DNA of 64,000 bases, taken from assembly GCA_965224485.1 (NCBI GenBank), contig CBDCZH010000010.1:128001-192000 (forward strand), written 5' to 3'. The DNA comes from Arcobacteraceae bacterium (GTDB lineage: Bacteria > Campylobacterota > Campylobacteria > Campylobacterales > Arcobacteraceae). A program made the position numbers and the translations under genes. The first letter of the stretch is position 1. Every line of letters begins with the position of its first letter. Below, one piece after another: positions 51,349 through 62,532 of this stretch. The notes under the pieces were generated by a model. That model made no database searches. It was not told the origin of the DNA and worked only from the letters and a program-made list of their open reading frames with translations.

Positions 51349-51839
51349 TATATATCCGTTTCAAATTTAAATCTTGCACCAATTATTTTATTGATTTTAG
51401 AAATTTCAATATCTGCATTCCATTTCATAAAACCAACAGGACAAGTAGGAAGAGTGCCTGTTGTTTCATATGTTCCATCTTCATTAGATTTTAAAGATAA
51501 AATATATTCACCCATCATCATATTTGTTGCATAGATTTTTAATTGTAAATTTTTTAAATCTTTTATTGAACTTGTAACTTTAAACTTTAATGGTGTCATT
51601 AATGGTAAATCTTTTGGAAATATTTCTAAAGAAAATTTTGTACCATCTTGAATAACAACTTCACAAGGTCCAGCTCTTAAGTCACACTTTTTGTTTTGAG
51701 TAATAAACTCACCATCGCCTCTTAATGAGTTGTATATTGAGTTAAAATCAATAAAAAAATAACCTGCAACAATAATAACTACAAGTAAGACTTGTATAAA
51801 AAGAGCCTTTTTGGGAGGAACTAATTCTTCATTTTGCAT
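51348..51839 (-). CDS. Conserved membrane-anchored protein of the SCO/PCuAC operon
   Basis: N-terminal TM; CDLRAGPC, NMMMG, LPTC. Confidence 0.6.
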   Translation of the reverse strand: MQNEELVPPKKALFIQVLLVVIIVAGYFFIDFNSIYNSLRGDGEFITQNKKCDLRAGPCEVVIQDGTKFSLEIFPKDLPLMTPLKFKVTSSIKDLKNLQLKIYATNMMMGEYILSLKSNEDGTYETTGTLPTCPVGFMKWNADIEISKINKIIGARFKFETDI

Positions 51840-51849
51840 AATTTACCTT

Positions 51850-52407
51850 TTATTTTTTCTTCATTCCCGCGCCACATTTACCAGAACCACAAGACATAGA
51901 TTTTTTTTCACTTTTCTTCATTCCTGAACCACATTTACCAGAACCACAAGACATAGTTTTCATCTTAGAGTGTTTCTTCATCATTCCACCCATAACAGTT
52001 TTAATAGGTGCTGTAACACTTACTTTATCATCATTTGAGAAAATAAAAGTAAATTCAACTTCTTGACCCACTTTTAAAGCTTTGTTTAAACCAATTAACA
52101 TTACATGATAACCACCTGGTTTTAAAACTGTTTGTGCGTTTGCTTTTACATCAATTTTAGGAACTTGATACATTTTCATAATTCCATTTTTCATATCATG
52201 AGTATGTAGTTCAACATTTTTAGCAATATTTGAAGTAACTTTAACTAAAGAAATATCTTTATTACTATTATTTACAATAGTTAAAAAAGTAGCTGAATTT
52301 GGGAGTCCAGGAGGTGTTGCTCTTACATAAGCGTCTTTGATTTCAATATTTGCAGCAAATGAAGATACAACAAATACCATTAGAAATAGAGAGATTCTTT
52401 TTAACAT
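51850..52407 (-). CDS. PCu(A)C copper chaperone with C-terminal CGSGKCG repeats
   Basis: ELHTH..M, LKPGGYHVML; tail MSCGSGKCG x2. Confidence 0.9.
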   Translation of the reverse strand: MLKRISLFLMVFVVSSFAANIEIKDAYVRATPPGLPNSATFLTIVNNSNKDISLVKVTSNIAKNVELHTHDMKNGIMKMYQVPKIDVKANAQTVLKPGGYHVMLIGLNKALKVGQEVEFTFIFSNDDKVSVTAPIKTVMGGMMKKHSKMKTMSCGSGKCGSGMKKSEKKSMSCGSGKCGAGMKKK

Positions 52408-52499
52408 AAATAACCTTTGTTTGTTTTTTACTATTTTATTTTAAAATTGTTAATTTAGTGTTAAATTTAATGATTTATCTTATAAAATTGCAAATTTTC

Positions 52500-53394
52500 T
52501 TAAGACTTCTTTTTAAAAGAAATTAAATTGTTTAATATAGAAACTGCAATAATTGTTAAAATTGTCCCAAATATTATGGAATAATTGACTTTTTCATCTA
52601 AAAAAAGTATTGAAAAAGTAATTGCAAAAAATGGAACTAAAAAGATAAAAGTAGATACCTCTTTAGCCCCTAATCTTTCAATACCTATAAAAAACATAGA
52701 TGTTGAAAATGTTGTTGAAATAAAAGCCAGACTTATAATATTTAGCCAAAAAATATCATCAAAGCCACTATAGTCTATTTTTGTTATAATCTAGAAAAAA
52801 TAGTGAAACTATTAGTGTTGTAATAATATACATATAAAAAGTAAATACTAAAGGAGAGGTATTTGTAATTTTTGAACTTGTTATTGTTAGAAGTGACCAA
52901 AGTAGTGCTGCGAATAAAAAATATCTATTTTGAATTGCAAAAATCTCTTCTATATTAAAATTCCAAATGTTTATCATAGTTAAAACCCCAATAGCTCCTA
53001 AACAAAGTGCAAAAATATCTTTTTTTGCAGTTCTTTTTTTAAAAAAAACTGCCATTATTATAAAAGTTATAATAGGAATAAGGGTTGTTACAAAAGCCCC
53101 TCCTAAAGATGCTGTTCCAAATTTTGTACCTAGAAAATAGTATTTCATATAAATAATCATAATAATAGAAGCAATAATACATAATAAAAAACTTTGTATA
53201 TTAATTTTGAAATACTTTTTAGAGATAATTAAAATAGGACCTAAGGTAATTAAAGTAAATATATTTCTAAAGAAAATTAATTCATATTCATTAATATAAG
53301 AGCCTAAAACTTTTGCATTAACCCAAGATGCACCCCACCCAGCCATTGCAAGAATCATTAAAATATAGAATGTTTTATTATTTGTTGTTTTCAT
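52500..53394 (-). CDS. DMT/EamA transporter, frameshifted near 52780
   Basis: WGASW and ten-TM pattern split over two ORFs. Confidence 0.8.
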
Positions 53395-53417
53395 GAGCGA
53401 TTATATTATAAAATAGT

Positions 53418-54218
53418 TTATTTATATAGTATAAAATTGCTTTTTTCCAAAAGTTTTTTAGGTGAGTATCCATATAGTTTTCTAAAGTTTCTTATAAAAT
53501 GTGATTGATCACAAAAACCAAGTTCATATGCTGCACTTGCTAAACTATGGCCCTTTATTATCATGTTTCTTGCTTTTTGTACTTTTAAAGTTAAAATATA
53601 GTGATGAGGGGTTAAACCTGTATTTTTTTTAAAAACTCTTATGAAGTGGTACTTACTTAAGTTTGAAACTTGGGCTAAAGTACTTAATGATATATTTTCA
53701 CTTAGAGAATCATTTATATACTCAAGCGAATTAGTAATAATACTCTTTTCGTTAAAAGATATTTTATAATCTTTTGTAGCATTTGTATAGTTTTTAATTA
53801 AATAAGAAAGAGATGTGATTAACTTAGTCTCAATTATCATTTCATCTTCTTTATTATAAATACATAAAAATAGGCTAAATAAGGCTTTGTATAACACTAA
53901 ATCTTCTAAAATATGCTTATTAAAAAGTGGAATTTTTGATTCATTATAAATCTGTTTGTACGTATAAGACATTAATTCAATACTAGGATAAAAGTTTGTA
54001 TATGACCAAGCTTGTGAATCTCCATGGTGGATATCATAAGGATTTACTACTCTTGTTGAGTTTTTATATGAATTAATAGTTGTGTTTAAATTTATGGATT
54101 TAAACAAGCCACTATGAGTTATTCCAATAGTATAAGTATCATGATAATGTTTAGTAAATAAACCGTTTGATGCTTCTATATTTTCAAAAACTGTATCTTT
54201 AAGAGTCTCTAATTTCAT
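53418..54218 (-). CDS. AraC-family regulator
   Basis: HYHDTY; LSKYHFIRVFKKNTGLTP; GFCDQSHF. Confidence 0.92.
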   Translation of the reverse strand: MKLETLKDTVFENIEASNGLFTKHYHDTYTIGITHSGLFKSINLNTTINSYKNSTRVVNPYDIHHGDSQAWSYTNFYPSIELMSYTYKQIYNESKIPLFNKHILEDLVLYKALFSLFLCIYNKEDEMIIETKLITSLSYLIKNYTNATKDYKISFNEKSIITNSLEYINDSLSENISLSTLAQVSNLSKYHFIRVFKKNTGLTPHHYILTLKVQKARNMIIKGHSLASAAYELGFCDQSHFIRNFRKLYGYSPKKLLEKSNFILYK

Positions 54219-54281
54219 GTATTATTCTATCTAATTATAAAATAAAAAGATAGAATAATATTGCTATTTCTTAGTAAATAT

Positions 54282-55565
54282 TTAGTAAGTCTTTTTTGCT
54301 CTTAAAATTAAGAATACCCCTATAGTAGCAGCTATAAAGGAAGCTGCAAAAACTCCTAGTTTAACTGCATCTATAATATCTTGATTTACAAAAGCTAGAT
54401 GAGTTATAAAAATAGACATAGTAAAACCAATTCCACCTAAAAAACCAACTGCTAAAATCTCATTCCAGCTTAGGTTATCTGGCTTCTTAATAATATTTAA
54501 TTTTGTAAAAATATAAGTAAAAGTAAATATTCCTACAGGTTTACCAATAATTAAACCAAATACAACACCTAATACAATCATTAAATGCTCACTTAAATTT
54601 GTAAAATCTATTAAAACACCAGCATTTGAAAATGCAAATAAAGGCATAATAAAAAAAGCTGAGAAACCATGTAAATGATGTTCTAACTTAACTAGTGGAT
54701 TTTGAACCTTATCGTAGTTATGAGCTATATTTTCTAAGGCATCAATTTGTTTATGATTTAATATATCAACATCATCAATATTGTTTTTAAACTCATCTAA
54801 AGAAGCAGATGAACTTTGAATAAAATTCTTTTCATCTATTTTTGATTTAATTGGAATTGCAAAAGCTAATAATACTCCTGCTATTGTTGCATGAATTCCT
54901 ATTTCGTGAATAAAAATCCATAAAAAGATACCTAGAATTAAATAAGGCCAAAGTTGTGTAACTTTTTTGAAATTTAAAAACCAAATTAGAGCATAAATAA
55001 TACCAGCATGAATAAAATAAATACTTTGTATCTCGCTTGTATAAACAGTAGCAACCACTAAAACAGCACCTAAATCATCAACAACTGCAAGAGCTACTAA
55101 AAATAGTTTAAGTGCTGGATTAACTCTTTTTCCTAAAAGCATTAAAATTCCTAGTGCAAAAGCTATGTCAGTTGCCATTGGTATTCCAAAACCTAAGGGA
55201 TTGTTTGTATTAAATAAAACATATACAAGAGCTGGAATTAACATTCCTCCAATAGCAGCAACTATTGGAAAAGATGCTTTTGAAACAGAAGATAATTCTC
55301 CTATTAACATCTCTCTTTTAATCTCTAAACCTACCATTAAAAAGAATAGTGCCATAAGTCCATCATCAATCCAATATGTTAAAGACATTGAAATAGTTTT
55401 ATCTCCTAAGGTTATTCCTAAGGGCATATTCCACAAGTCATTATATGTTTGGGCTAAAAATGAGTTTGCAACCATAACAGCTGCTAGTGTTGAGATAAAT
55501 AATAAGATACCAGATAAAGACTCTTTAGTTATAAAGTCTTGAAGTGTTTTAATTTGTTTAATCAT
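54282..55565 (-). CDS. nhaA: Na+/H+ antiporter NhaA
   Basis: GLEIKRE, PMATDIAFALG, LAVVDDLGA, GIGFTMSIFI. Confidence 0.95.
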   Translation of the reverse strand: MIKQIKTLQDFITKESLSGILLFISTLAAVMVANSFLAQTYNDLWNMPLGITLGDKTISMSLTYWIDDGLMALFFLMVGLEIKREMLIGELSSVSKASFPIVAAIGGMLIPALVYVLFNTNNPLGFGIPMATDIAFALGILMLLGKRVNPALKLFLVALAVVDDLGAVLVVATVYTSEIQSIYFIHAGIIYALIWFLNFKKVTQLWPYLILGIFLWIFIHEIGIHATIAGVLLAFAIPIKSKIDEKNFIQSSSASLDEFKNNIDDVDILNHKQIDALENIAHNYDKVQNPLVKLEHHLHGFSAFFIMPLFAFSNAGVLIDFTNLSEHLMIVLGVVFGLIIGKPVGIFTFTYIFTKLNIIKKPDNLSWNEILAVGFLGGIGFTMSIFITHLAFVNQDIIDAVKLGVFAASFIAATIGVFLILRAKKTY

Positions 55566-55604
55566 TTAAAAAATCCTTTATAAAATATGTAAAAAAGGAT
55601 TATA

Positions 55605-55970
55605 TTATAAACATGTACTACAAGTACCTTTAATAATAATATTATCTATTTTATATCCAGGAAGATTTATTTTAGCTTTTTCATCTAAGCACTCTATTTT
55701 AGAGCAAAGTGAGCAAATAAAGTGAGCATGAGGTGTTTTAATAATTTCAAAATACCTTTTTTTATCATTAGATTCAAATGAATTAATTAAATTCTCTTCT
55801 TCAAATTTTGTTATATTTCTATAAAAAGTTGCTTTGTCCATTGATATTTTATTTTTTATCTCTTCATAAGATAAAGGTTTAGAAGCACAGGCTAAAATTT
55901 CTAAAATTGAAGTTCTTGCATTAGTTAGTTTTATATTTTTTTCTTTAATTAGTTCTTGAATATTAATCAT
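55605..55970 (-). CDS. Fur-family regulator (Zur-like)
   Basis: KLTNAR, DKATFYRNI, HAHFICSLC, CSTC; divergent from a ZnuA-like gene. Confidence 0.85.
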   Translation of the reverse strand: MINIQELIKEKNIKLTNARTSILEILACASKPLSYEEIKNKISMDKATFYRNITKFEEENLINSFESNDKKRYFEIIKTPHAHFICSLCSKIECLDEKAKINLPGYKIDNIIIKGTCSTCL

Positions 55971-56002
55971 AAGTAAGTATAACAAAATATTAGTTAATAA
56001 AT

Positions 56003-56068
56003 TGCAACTAAGTTGCATTAAAGTATATTTGTATTACTATTCATTAGATAATTTGCGACTAAGTTGCA
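56003..56068. promoter_or_regulatory. Two 7-1-7 Fur/Zur-type boxes
   Basis: TGCAACTAAGTTGCA (56003-56017) and TGCGACTAAGTTGCA (56054-56068). Confidence 0.7.
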
Positions 56069-56081
56069 GTTAAGGAAAAAA

Positions 56082-56975
56082 ATGAAGTATATTTTTATAA
56101 TGTTTTTATTAGTTTTTACTCTAAACGCAAAAGTTTTAGATGTAACAGTTAGTATAGTACCCCAAGAGTTTTTTGTTAAAAAAATAGGAAAAGATAAGGT
56201 TAATGTAAATGTAATGGTAAAAGAAGGTTTCTCACCAGCAACATATGAACCAAAAACATCTCAAATGAGAAAATTAAGTAAAGCAAGTATTTATTTCTCA
56301 ATTGATGTACCTTTTGAACACTCTTGGTTAAAAAGATTTAAAAATGTAAATAAGAAGATGATTATTTCTGACACCTCAAGAGGAATTAAAAAACTCTCAA
56401 TGCTTAAACATTCACATGATAAAGATGAGCATAATAAAAAAAACAACCATGAAGAGCAAAATCATGATGAACATGAATTATCTAATAAAATATTAGATCC
56501 ACATATTTGGCTTGACCCAATTTTAGTAAAGAGGCAAGCTTTAAATATTTATAAGACTCTAGTAAAAGTTGATCCTTTAAATACTACATTTTATAAGAAA
56601 AATTTAAATGCATTTTTACAAGAGTTAGATGTTTTAGATAAAGATATTAAATATATTTTAAAAGATGTTAAAAATAAAGAGTTTATGGTGTTTCATCCTT
56701 CTTGGGCTTATTTTGCAAAAAGATATAATTTAGAGCAAATAGCAGTTGAGAAAGAGGGGAAAGAAGCAAAACCTAAAGAAATTATACATTTAGTTCATGA
56801 AGCAAAAGAACATGGAATAAAAGTTATTTTTGTATCAGCTCAGTTTTCTTTAAAAAGTGCTCATACAATTGCCCATAATTTAGATGCAAATATTGTTACT
56901 ATTAATCCTTTAGAGTATTTATGGGCTGATAATCTAAAAGTTGTTGCTAATGCAATAAAAGAATCATACGAGTAA
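56082..56975 (+). CDS. znuA: Zn/Mn ABC substrate-binding protein (ZnuA-like)
   Basis: SPATYEP, His-rich loop, DPHIWLDP, FHPSWAYF. Confidence 0.8.
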   Translation: MKYIFIMFLLVFTLNAKVLDVTVSIVPQEFFVKKIGKDKVNVNVMVKEGFSPATYEPKTSQMRKLSKASIYFSIDVPFEHSWLKRFKNVNKKMIISDTSRGIKKLSMLKHSHDKDEHNKKNNHEEQNHDEHELSNKILDPHIWLDPILVKRQALNIYKTLVKVDPLNTTFYKKNLNAFLQELDVLDKDIKYILKDVKNKEFMVFHPSWAYFAKRYNLEQIAVEKEGKEAKPKEIIHLVHEAKEHGIKVIFVSAQFSLKSAHTIAHNLDANIVTINPLEYLWADNLKVVANAIKESYE

Positions 56976-56981
56976 GTTGAT

Positions 56982-58329
56982 ATGTTTAAAAAATACTTTT
57001 TACTAATACTGCTGCTTACATTTAAAATTCAAGCTTGCAGTATTTGTGCAATTACAAGCCCTTTTACAAATGTTTCTATTGAAGTAAATACAGCTAAAAA
57101 TAAAATTACAAATATTGAAACTACTTTAGTTTTTTCAAAAGTTTTTACAAATGAATTAAAACTAATTTATGATAAAAATTTAAATACTGTACTTGATTTT
57201 GATGAACTTAAAATAATTGAAGATGCTTTTATCTCTTATGCTAAGAGCAATAATTATATGACTCATATTTCATATGATGAAGTTATAAATAAAAAGAAAT
57301 CTATAGTTTTTAAAATAAAAGATTTAAAAACATATGTTCAAAATGATATTTTACATATCAAATATAAAGTACTTTTAAATGTAGAGCTTAAAAATAATTA
57401 TGTTTTATATATAAAAATGAAAGATGAACAAAACTATTTCTTACTTAATATTAGCTCAAAAAATAGTTTCTTTAATAATATAAATACAAAAAAAATAGCG
57501 AAGAAGAATGAAATAATCTTTTTAATAGAACATACTAAAGAAGTAAAAAAATCATCTCTTAATCTTAGTGATGAAAAAAATAAAAAAAATAAAAAATAAA
57601 AATACTGAAGAGTCTAAAATAGAAGAAACTTTTTTATCAAAATATACTAAAAAAGTAAAATATTATCTTTTAAAAGTAAAAAATGGCGAAAGTAAAGCTT
57701 TGCTTATACTTTGTTTCTTATCTTTTTTATATGGTATTATTCATGCCTTAGGGCCAGGTCATGGTAAGACTTTAAGCTTTTCATATTTTTCTTCTACAAA
57801 AAGTACATATTTTAAAGCTTTTCTAATCTCACTTTCTAGCTCTTTTATTCATATATTAGGAGCTTTGCTTTTAGTTTTAATTTCTATTTTTATTTTAGAA
57901 TCTACTTTAAATAATTTTGTTTCAAATTCAATTGAACTATTAAGTAAAATAGCTGCTGTTTTTATAATTATTCTATCTATTTTTATTTTGTATAAAAAAC
58001 TTAAGAAAAAGAATAATTGTTCTTGTTGTTGCTCTTCTAAAAAACAAGACTTATATTTTATTTTAACATCAGGTTTAATACCTTGTCCTGGAACTGTTAT
58101 TTTATTTATTTATGCTTTTATGTTAAAAACTTATTATGCAGTTTTCTTAGCTTCTATTTTTATATCTTTTGGTATGGCACTTGTTATGTTTTTATCATCT
58201 TTTTTTGCCCTAAGTTTAAAAAACCTTTCAAAGAGTTCAAAAAATATAACAAATGTAATTGAGATTATTTCTCCTATTTTTATGTTAGCTCTTGGTGTTT
58301 TTTTGTATTTTAATGCTTCTTTATTATAA
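56982..58329 (+). CDS. DUF1007-like + NicO/RcnA Ni/Co transporter, probably one gene frameshifted in A-runs near 57580
   Basis: HALGPGHGK and GLIPCPG motifs in the second ORF; overlapping ORFs across poly-A tracts. Confidence 0.7.
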
Positions 58330-59823
58330 AGTTTTGATTTTATCAAACTCTGTAATAATGGCATTTATATCTTCAACCCCAATAGCAATTCGCAAGAGAT
58401 TAATTGGAATATTATTTTGCTCTAATTCTTCTCTTCCTTTTTTTGAAATAATTAAATCATAATGAGCTAAATAAACATATGGCATCAAAAGAGTAAACTC
58501 TGTTCCTAAACTAGGACCTTTTGCAAAGTTAAGTTTGTCATATATTTTTTCAAAGTTTTTAGTAAAAGTAAGTGATATTAAACCACCTACTGCTTTATCA
58601 TGTCTCATTAAAGGTTTATAATTATCTTTATATTTATTAGCTAAAGTATAATAAATATCTTTTACATAGTTTTGTTTTTTTAAATATTTTATTAATTTTA
58701 TTGCATTTTCATTTATTTTATTCATTCTAGTTTCATAACATTTTATTTCATATGCTAAACGCTGAATATCTTTTATATAAGGTTTATCTGCATGTTTAAA
58801 AAACTCAGCCTTACATGCTTTTAGATTTGATTGCTCATTTATAATAAAAGCACCCATTAATACATCTGCATTACCACAGGCATATTTTGTTAAAGATTCA
58901 ATATAAATATCAGCATAAGGTTTTAAGTCTAAATTATATGGAGTTGCAAGAGTTGAGTCTATTATTAAAGGAATATTATATTTTATACACAAAGATTTTA
59001 GTTTTATTAAATCAACTGTCTGAAGTAGGGGATTTGTTGGTACTTCTGTGATAATAGCTGAAATTTTATTTCCATTTTTCTTTAAATAATTTGCCAGTAA
59101 ATCAAGATTATTTATATCTAAAAAAGTTTTTGATCTATCATAATGATTTTTAATTATATTCATAGTGTCTAAATATAACCAACCCAATTGAATGATAATT
59201 GTTCTTGAGTTTTTATCCTGAATAGCTTTTAAACCTTTTAAAATAGAATAAATAGCATTCATACCAGAAGGAGCTAAACAAATATTTTCTTCGTTTTGAT
59301 TATATGCTAAAGCTAAAGTTGATTTTATTATGTTTAATGAATTTTCTTTTTTTTCTAATTTTTCCTCAAATACACTTTCTATTTTATTATACTTATAAAG
59401 ATAGTCTTGTGCAAAACGAGAAGATAAATTACATCCTACATGTTGTATAAAAGTTAATACTTTTTGTAATTGAGAGGTTCCTTTAAGAACTAAAATAACA
59501 CCAAAATCTTCTTTTATATATATATTATTATGAATAAAATACTTATCACTTATAATATCAACAGCTTTTTGGGAGCTTACAACAACTACTTCATACTCGT
59601 TTGAAATTTTATATTTTTCTTTCATAAACAAGGCAAGTAATTTCACATAAGGGTGTAAAATAAATCTAGGATAAGCACTCTTTATTTTTTTTAAAACTTC
59701 TGGTTCACACTCTTCGTAATCAATAACATCTTGAAGTTTTGGCATAGAAACAGATACTGCATGTACATTTTTTACAGGTAGTGTTTCTCCACATGAAATA
59801 GCTTCAAAAATCTTATTTGGCAT
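58324..59823 (-). CDS. PLP-dependent Cys/Met metabolism enzyme (cystathionine gamma-synthase-like)
   Basis: SGMNAI, EVPTNP, ESLTKY, GPSLG. Confidence 0.8.
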   Translation of the reverse strand: MPNKIFEAISCGETLPVKNVHAVSVSMPKLQDVIDYEECEPEVLKKIKSAYPRFILHPYVKLLALFMKEKYKISNEYEVVVVSSQKAVDIISDKYFIHNNIYIKEDFGVILVLKGTSQLQKVLTFIQHVGCNLSSRFAQDYLYKYNKIESVFEEKLEKKENSLNIIKSTLALAYNQNEENICLAPSGMNAIYSILKGLKAIQDKNSRTIIIQLGWLYLDTMNIIKNHYDRSKTFLDINNLDLLANYLKKNGNKISAIITEVPTNPLLQTVDLIKLKSLCIKYNIPLIIDSTLATPYNLDLKPYADIYIESLTKYACGNADVLMGAFIINEQSNLKACKAEFFKHADKPYIKDIQRLAYEIKCYETRMNKINENAIKLIKYLKKQNYVKDIYYTLANKYKDNYKPLMRHDKAVGGLISLTFTKNFEKIYDKLNFAKGPSLGTEFTLLMPYVYLAHYDLIISKKGREELEQNNIPINLLRIAIGVEDINAIITEFDKIKTL

Positions 59824-60975
59824 TTATTTTACTGCTTGCTTTATATCATCAATTAGCTCATCTACATTTTCTAAACCAATTGAAAATCTAACTGTTGAAG
59901 GTTTGATTCCAATTGCTGCTAATTCTTCTTGGCTAAATGTTGCATGAGATATTTTAGCAGGTATTTCAACTCTTGAATCTGGACTTCCAAAAGAACATTT
60001 TTCACCAAAAAGTTTTGTATTTTCTATAAAATTTTCTGCTTCTTTAACTGTATTAAAATCTACACAAAAAACACCTGGAATATATTTCATTTGTTTACGC
60101 GCAAGTTCATATTGTAAATGTGATTTAAGTGCTGGAAAGTTTACCTTACTTATATAATCTTGCTTTTGTAAAAATGTAGCAATACAAAGAGCTGATTTTT
60201 GATGTTCAATCATTCTTATTTTAAGTGTAGGCATACCAAGTGAGATTAAAAATACATCCATAGGGTTTTGACTTCTTCCATGGGCATTTGCATAATAATG
60301 AATATCATCTGAGAGTTTCTTAGTTTTTGCAACTATTGCACCTGCAACAACACTTCCATGACCTGAAATATACTTTGTTGTTGAAAATAGTGAGAAATCA
60401 GCTCCTAAGTTAAGTGGAGTTTGTGAGATAAAAGTAGCAAGTGAATTATCAACTGCAAAAAGAGAAGAATATTTTTTACAAAGAAGAGAAACTTCTTCTA
60501 AGTCAATTATTTTAAGACCTGGATTTGTTGGAGATTCACATAAAACTAAATCTATTTTATTGTTTTTTAAAATATTTTCTAATTCTTCTTTGTATAGAAA
60601 ATTAGCAAAATGAACTTTTACATTATATTTCTCTTCAAAAATTTTTAATAATCTAAATGTTCCACCATAACAATCTGCTTCTACTAAAACTTGAGAATTT
60701 GCTTTTAATACTGTTTCTAATAATAAAGCAACTGCTGCTATTCCTGTATGAGTACATACACAACCAGCTCCATTTTCTACTTTTGTAAATAAGTTTTCTA
60801 ATACTTCTCTTGTAGGATTATCACTTCTAGTATAATCATAAATCTTAGATCCGCTTTGCTTTTTTAAATCAAAAGTTCCTGTATTATATATTGGGAAATG
60901 TGAGGCACCGTAAGGGTCTTTTATACTTGCGAAATCTTGTATATGAGCTAAACTTGTTTCTATGTTTTTATGCAT
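59824..60975 (-). CDS. Cystathionine gamma-synthase/beta-lyase (MetB/MetC family)
   Basis: YDYTRSDNPT, ESPTNP, STTKYISGH, RFSIGLE. Confidence 0.88.
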   Translation of the reverse strand: MHKNIETSLAHIQDFASIKDPYGASHFPIYNTGTFDLKKQSGSKIYDYTRSDNPTREVLENLFTKVENGAGCVCTHTGIAAVALLLETVLKANSQVLVEADCYGGTFRLLKIFEEKYNVKVHFANFLYKEELENILKNNKIDLVLCESPTNPGLKIIDLEEVSLLCKKYSSLFAVDNSLATFISQTPLNLGADFSLFSTTKYISGHGSVVAGAIVAKTKKLSDDIHYYANAHGRSQNPMDVFLISLGMPTLKIRMIEHQKSALCIATFLQKQDYISKVNFPALKSHLQYELARKQMKYIPGVFCVDFNTVKEAENFIENTKLFGEKCSFGSPDSRVEIPAKISHATFSQEELAAIGIKPSTVRFSIGLENVDELIDDIKQAVK

Positions 60976-61118
60976 CTTTACCCTAAGTAATATAAATTTT
61001 TTTCTTATTATATCTTATTATTTATAAGTTTATATGCTAATGTTTTGCTCTTTATTTTTACGTATAAGAAAATTTTATACAAAAATGATTTTATTTATTT
61101 TTTAAAATATAAAGACTC

Positions 61119-61514
61119 TTAGTACTTATCTATTGAGTACTTTCCTGGACCTATAATTAATATTACAATTGCACTTATAAGGTATAAGTACTGTAACTCT
61201 AAACTTAAAGCTCCTTGTTTTGTAAGCTCTATTATAGAATCAAAGTGTACTAAATATATGGCACTTAACATAGTTGAGAGCATTAAAAAAGCGGCGAACC
61301 TTGTTTTAAATCCAATTATTAATAAAACAGGAGCTAGAATTTCACCTAAGTATATTCCATAAGCTAAGAATACAGGTAAGTCTTTTTCTATTAATATAGC
61401 TTCAATAAAACCAATACCATTTAGAAGTTTAGAGTATCCATGAAAAATCAATAAACATGCTATAGAAACTCTTAATAATAATTTACCTAGATTATCTGCG
61501 TATTGTGAATTCAT
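61119..61514 (-). CDS. DoxX family membrane protein
   Basis: LLRV..HG..K, GFKTR, GPGKYSID. Confidence 0.88.
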   Translation of the reverse strand: MNSQYADNLGKLLLRVSIACLLIFHGYSKLLNGIGFIEAILIEKDLPVFLAYGIYLGEILAPVLLIIGFKTRFAAFLMLSTMLSAIYLVHFDSIIELTKQGALSLELQYLYLISAIVILIIGPGKYSIDKY

Positions 61515-61589
61515 TTTCTACCTTTTATTATACTAAATATAGCATTTTTTGGTTAACGAAGAGTTAATATATGAAGATATCATCTTTCA

Positions 61590-61673
61590 TTGACCACTGG
61601 TCAAGTAATGAGTTATTTTAATAAATATTTAAGTGAATAATATATATACTTCCAAATGACTGACCGTCGGTCA
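61590..61673. promoter_or_regulatory. TetR operator pair
   Basis: TGACC-N3-GGTCA at 61591-61603 and 61661-61673. Confidence 0.65.
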
Positions 61674-61702
61674 ATAATGAATTATTAATAAAAAGGACAT
61701 AA

Positions 61703-62305
61703 ATGGCACCAAGAGTAGTTAATAAGGCTGAAAAAAGAAGAGAGATTGCTAGTTCATGTGAAGATCTTATTCATGAGCTTGGAATATCTAAAATAACTGT
61801 GTCTCAAGTTGCAAAAACAGCTGGAATTGGAAAAGGTACTGTTTATGAATACTTTGAAAATAAAAATGACATTATTTTTGAAATAATTAATATACATATA
61901 GAGAAATATCATAATGATTTTTTAGAAAGTATAAAAGATGTAGAAAGTACAAAAGAAAAAGTATTTCATTTTTTTTCTTTTGTTTTAGATGGTAGTAAAG
62001 ATAATTTAAAACATTTTAATGGTTATAAAGATTTTTTATCTATTGTATTAGCTGATGAAAACTCGCAAATGAAAGATTTTAATTGTGATACTAATGATTT
62101 TTTTAAGAATAAAATAAAATTATTTATAAATGAAGGTATAGAAAAAGGTGAGTTAATCAAAGAAGCTGCAAATCTTGCAGAAGGTTTGCTTATTTTTGAA
62201 AAAGGTTTGGTTTTATTAAAAATGACTCAAAATAATTATGATGTAAAAAATGATTTTGATTTATTTATAAATACAATATTTGATTTAATAGAGGTTAAAA
62301 AATGA
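61703..62305 (+). CDS. TetR/AcrR regulator
   Basis: ITVSQVAKTAGIGKGTVYEYFENK. Confidence 0.92.
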   Translation: MAPRVVNKAEKRREIASSCEDLIHELGISKITVSQVAKTAGIGKGTVYEYFENKNDIIFEIINIHIEKYHNDFLESIKDVESTKEKVFHFFSFVLDGSKDNLKHFNGYKDFLSIVLADENSQMKDFNCDTNDFFKNKIKLFINEGIEKGELIKEAANLAEGLLIFEKGLVLLKMTQNNYDVKNDFDLFINTIFDLIEVKK

Positions 62306-62532
62306 TAAATGAAAAATATAGACGCTTAGTATTTGCTTTTTTCATGAGTAGTATTATGTCTTTTCTTATGAGTATGGTAATTACTTATATAAATTTAGGT
62401 TTTGTTGATGGTTTTGTATTAAAGTGGCTAGAAGCTTTTGTAAAAGCATTTATGTTTGCTTTTCCAATCGTATTTGTAGTTGCTCCCTTGGTTAACAAAA
62501 TTACAAGTAAATTAATTAAAAAAGGATTATAG
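62302..62532 (+). CDS. DUF2798-like small membrane protein
   Basis: FMSSIMSFLMS..W..AF..AFP. Confidence 0.7.
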   Translation: MINEKYRRLVFAFFMSSIMSFLMSMVITYINLGFVDGFVLKWLEAFVKAFMFAFPIVFVVAPLVNKITSKLIKKGL

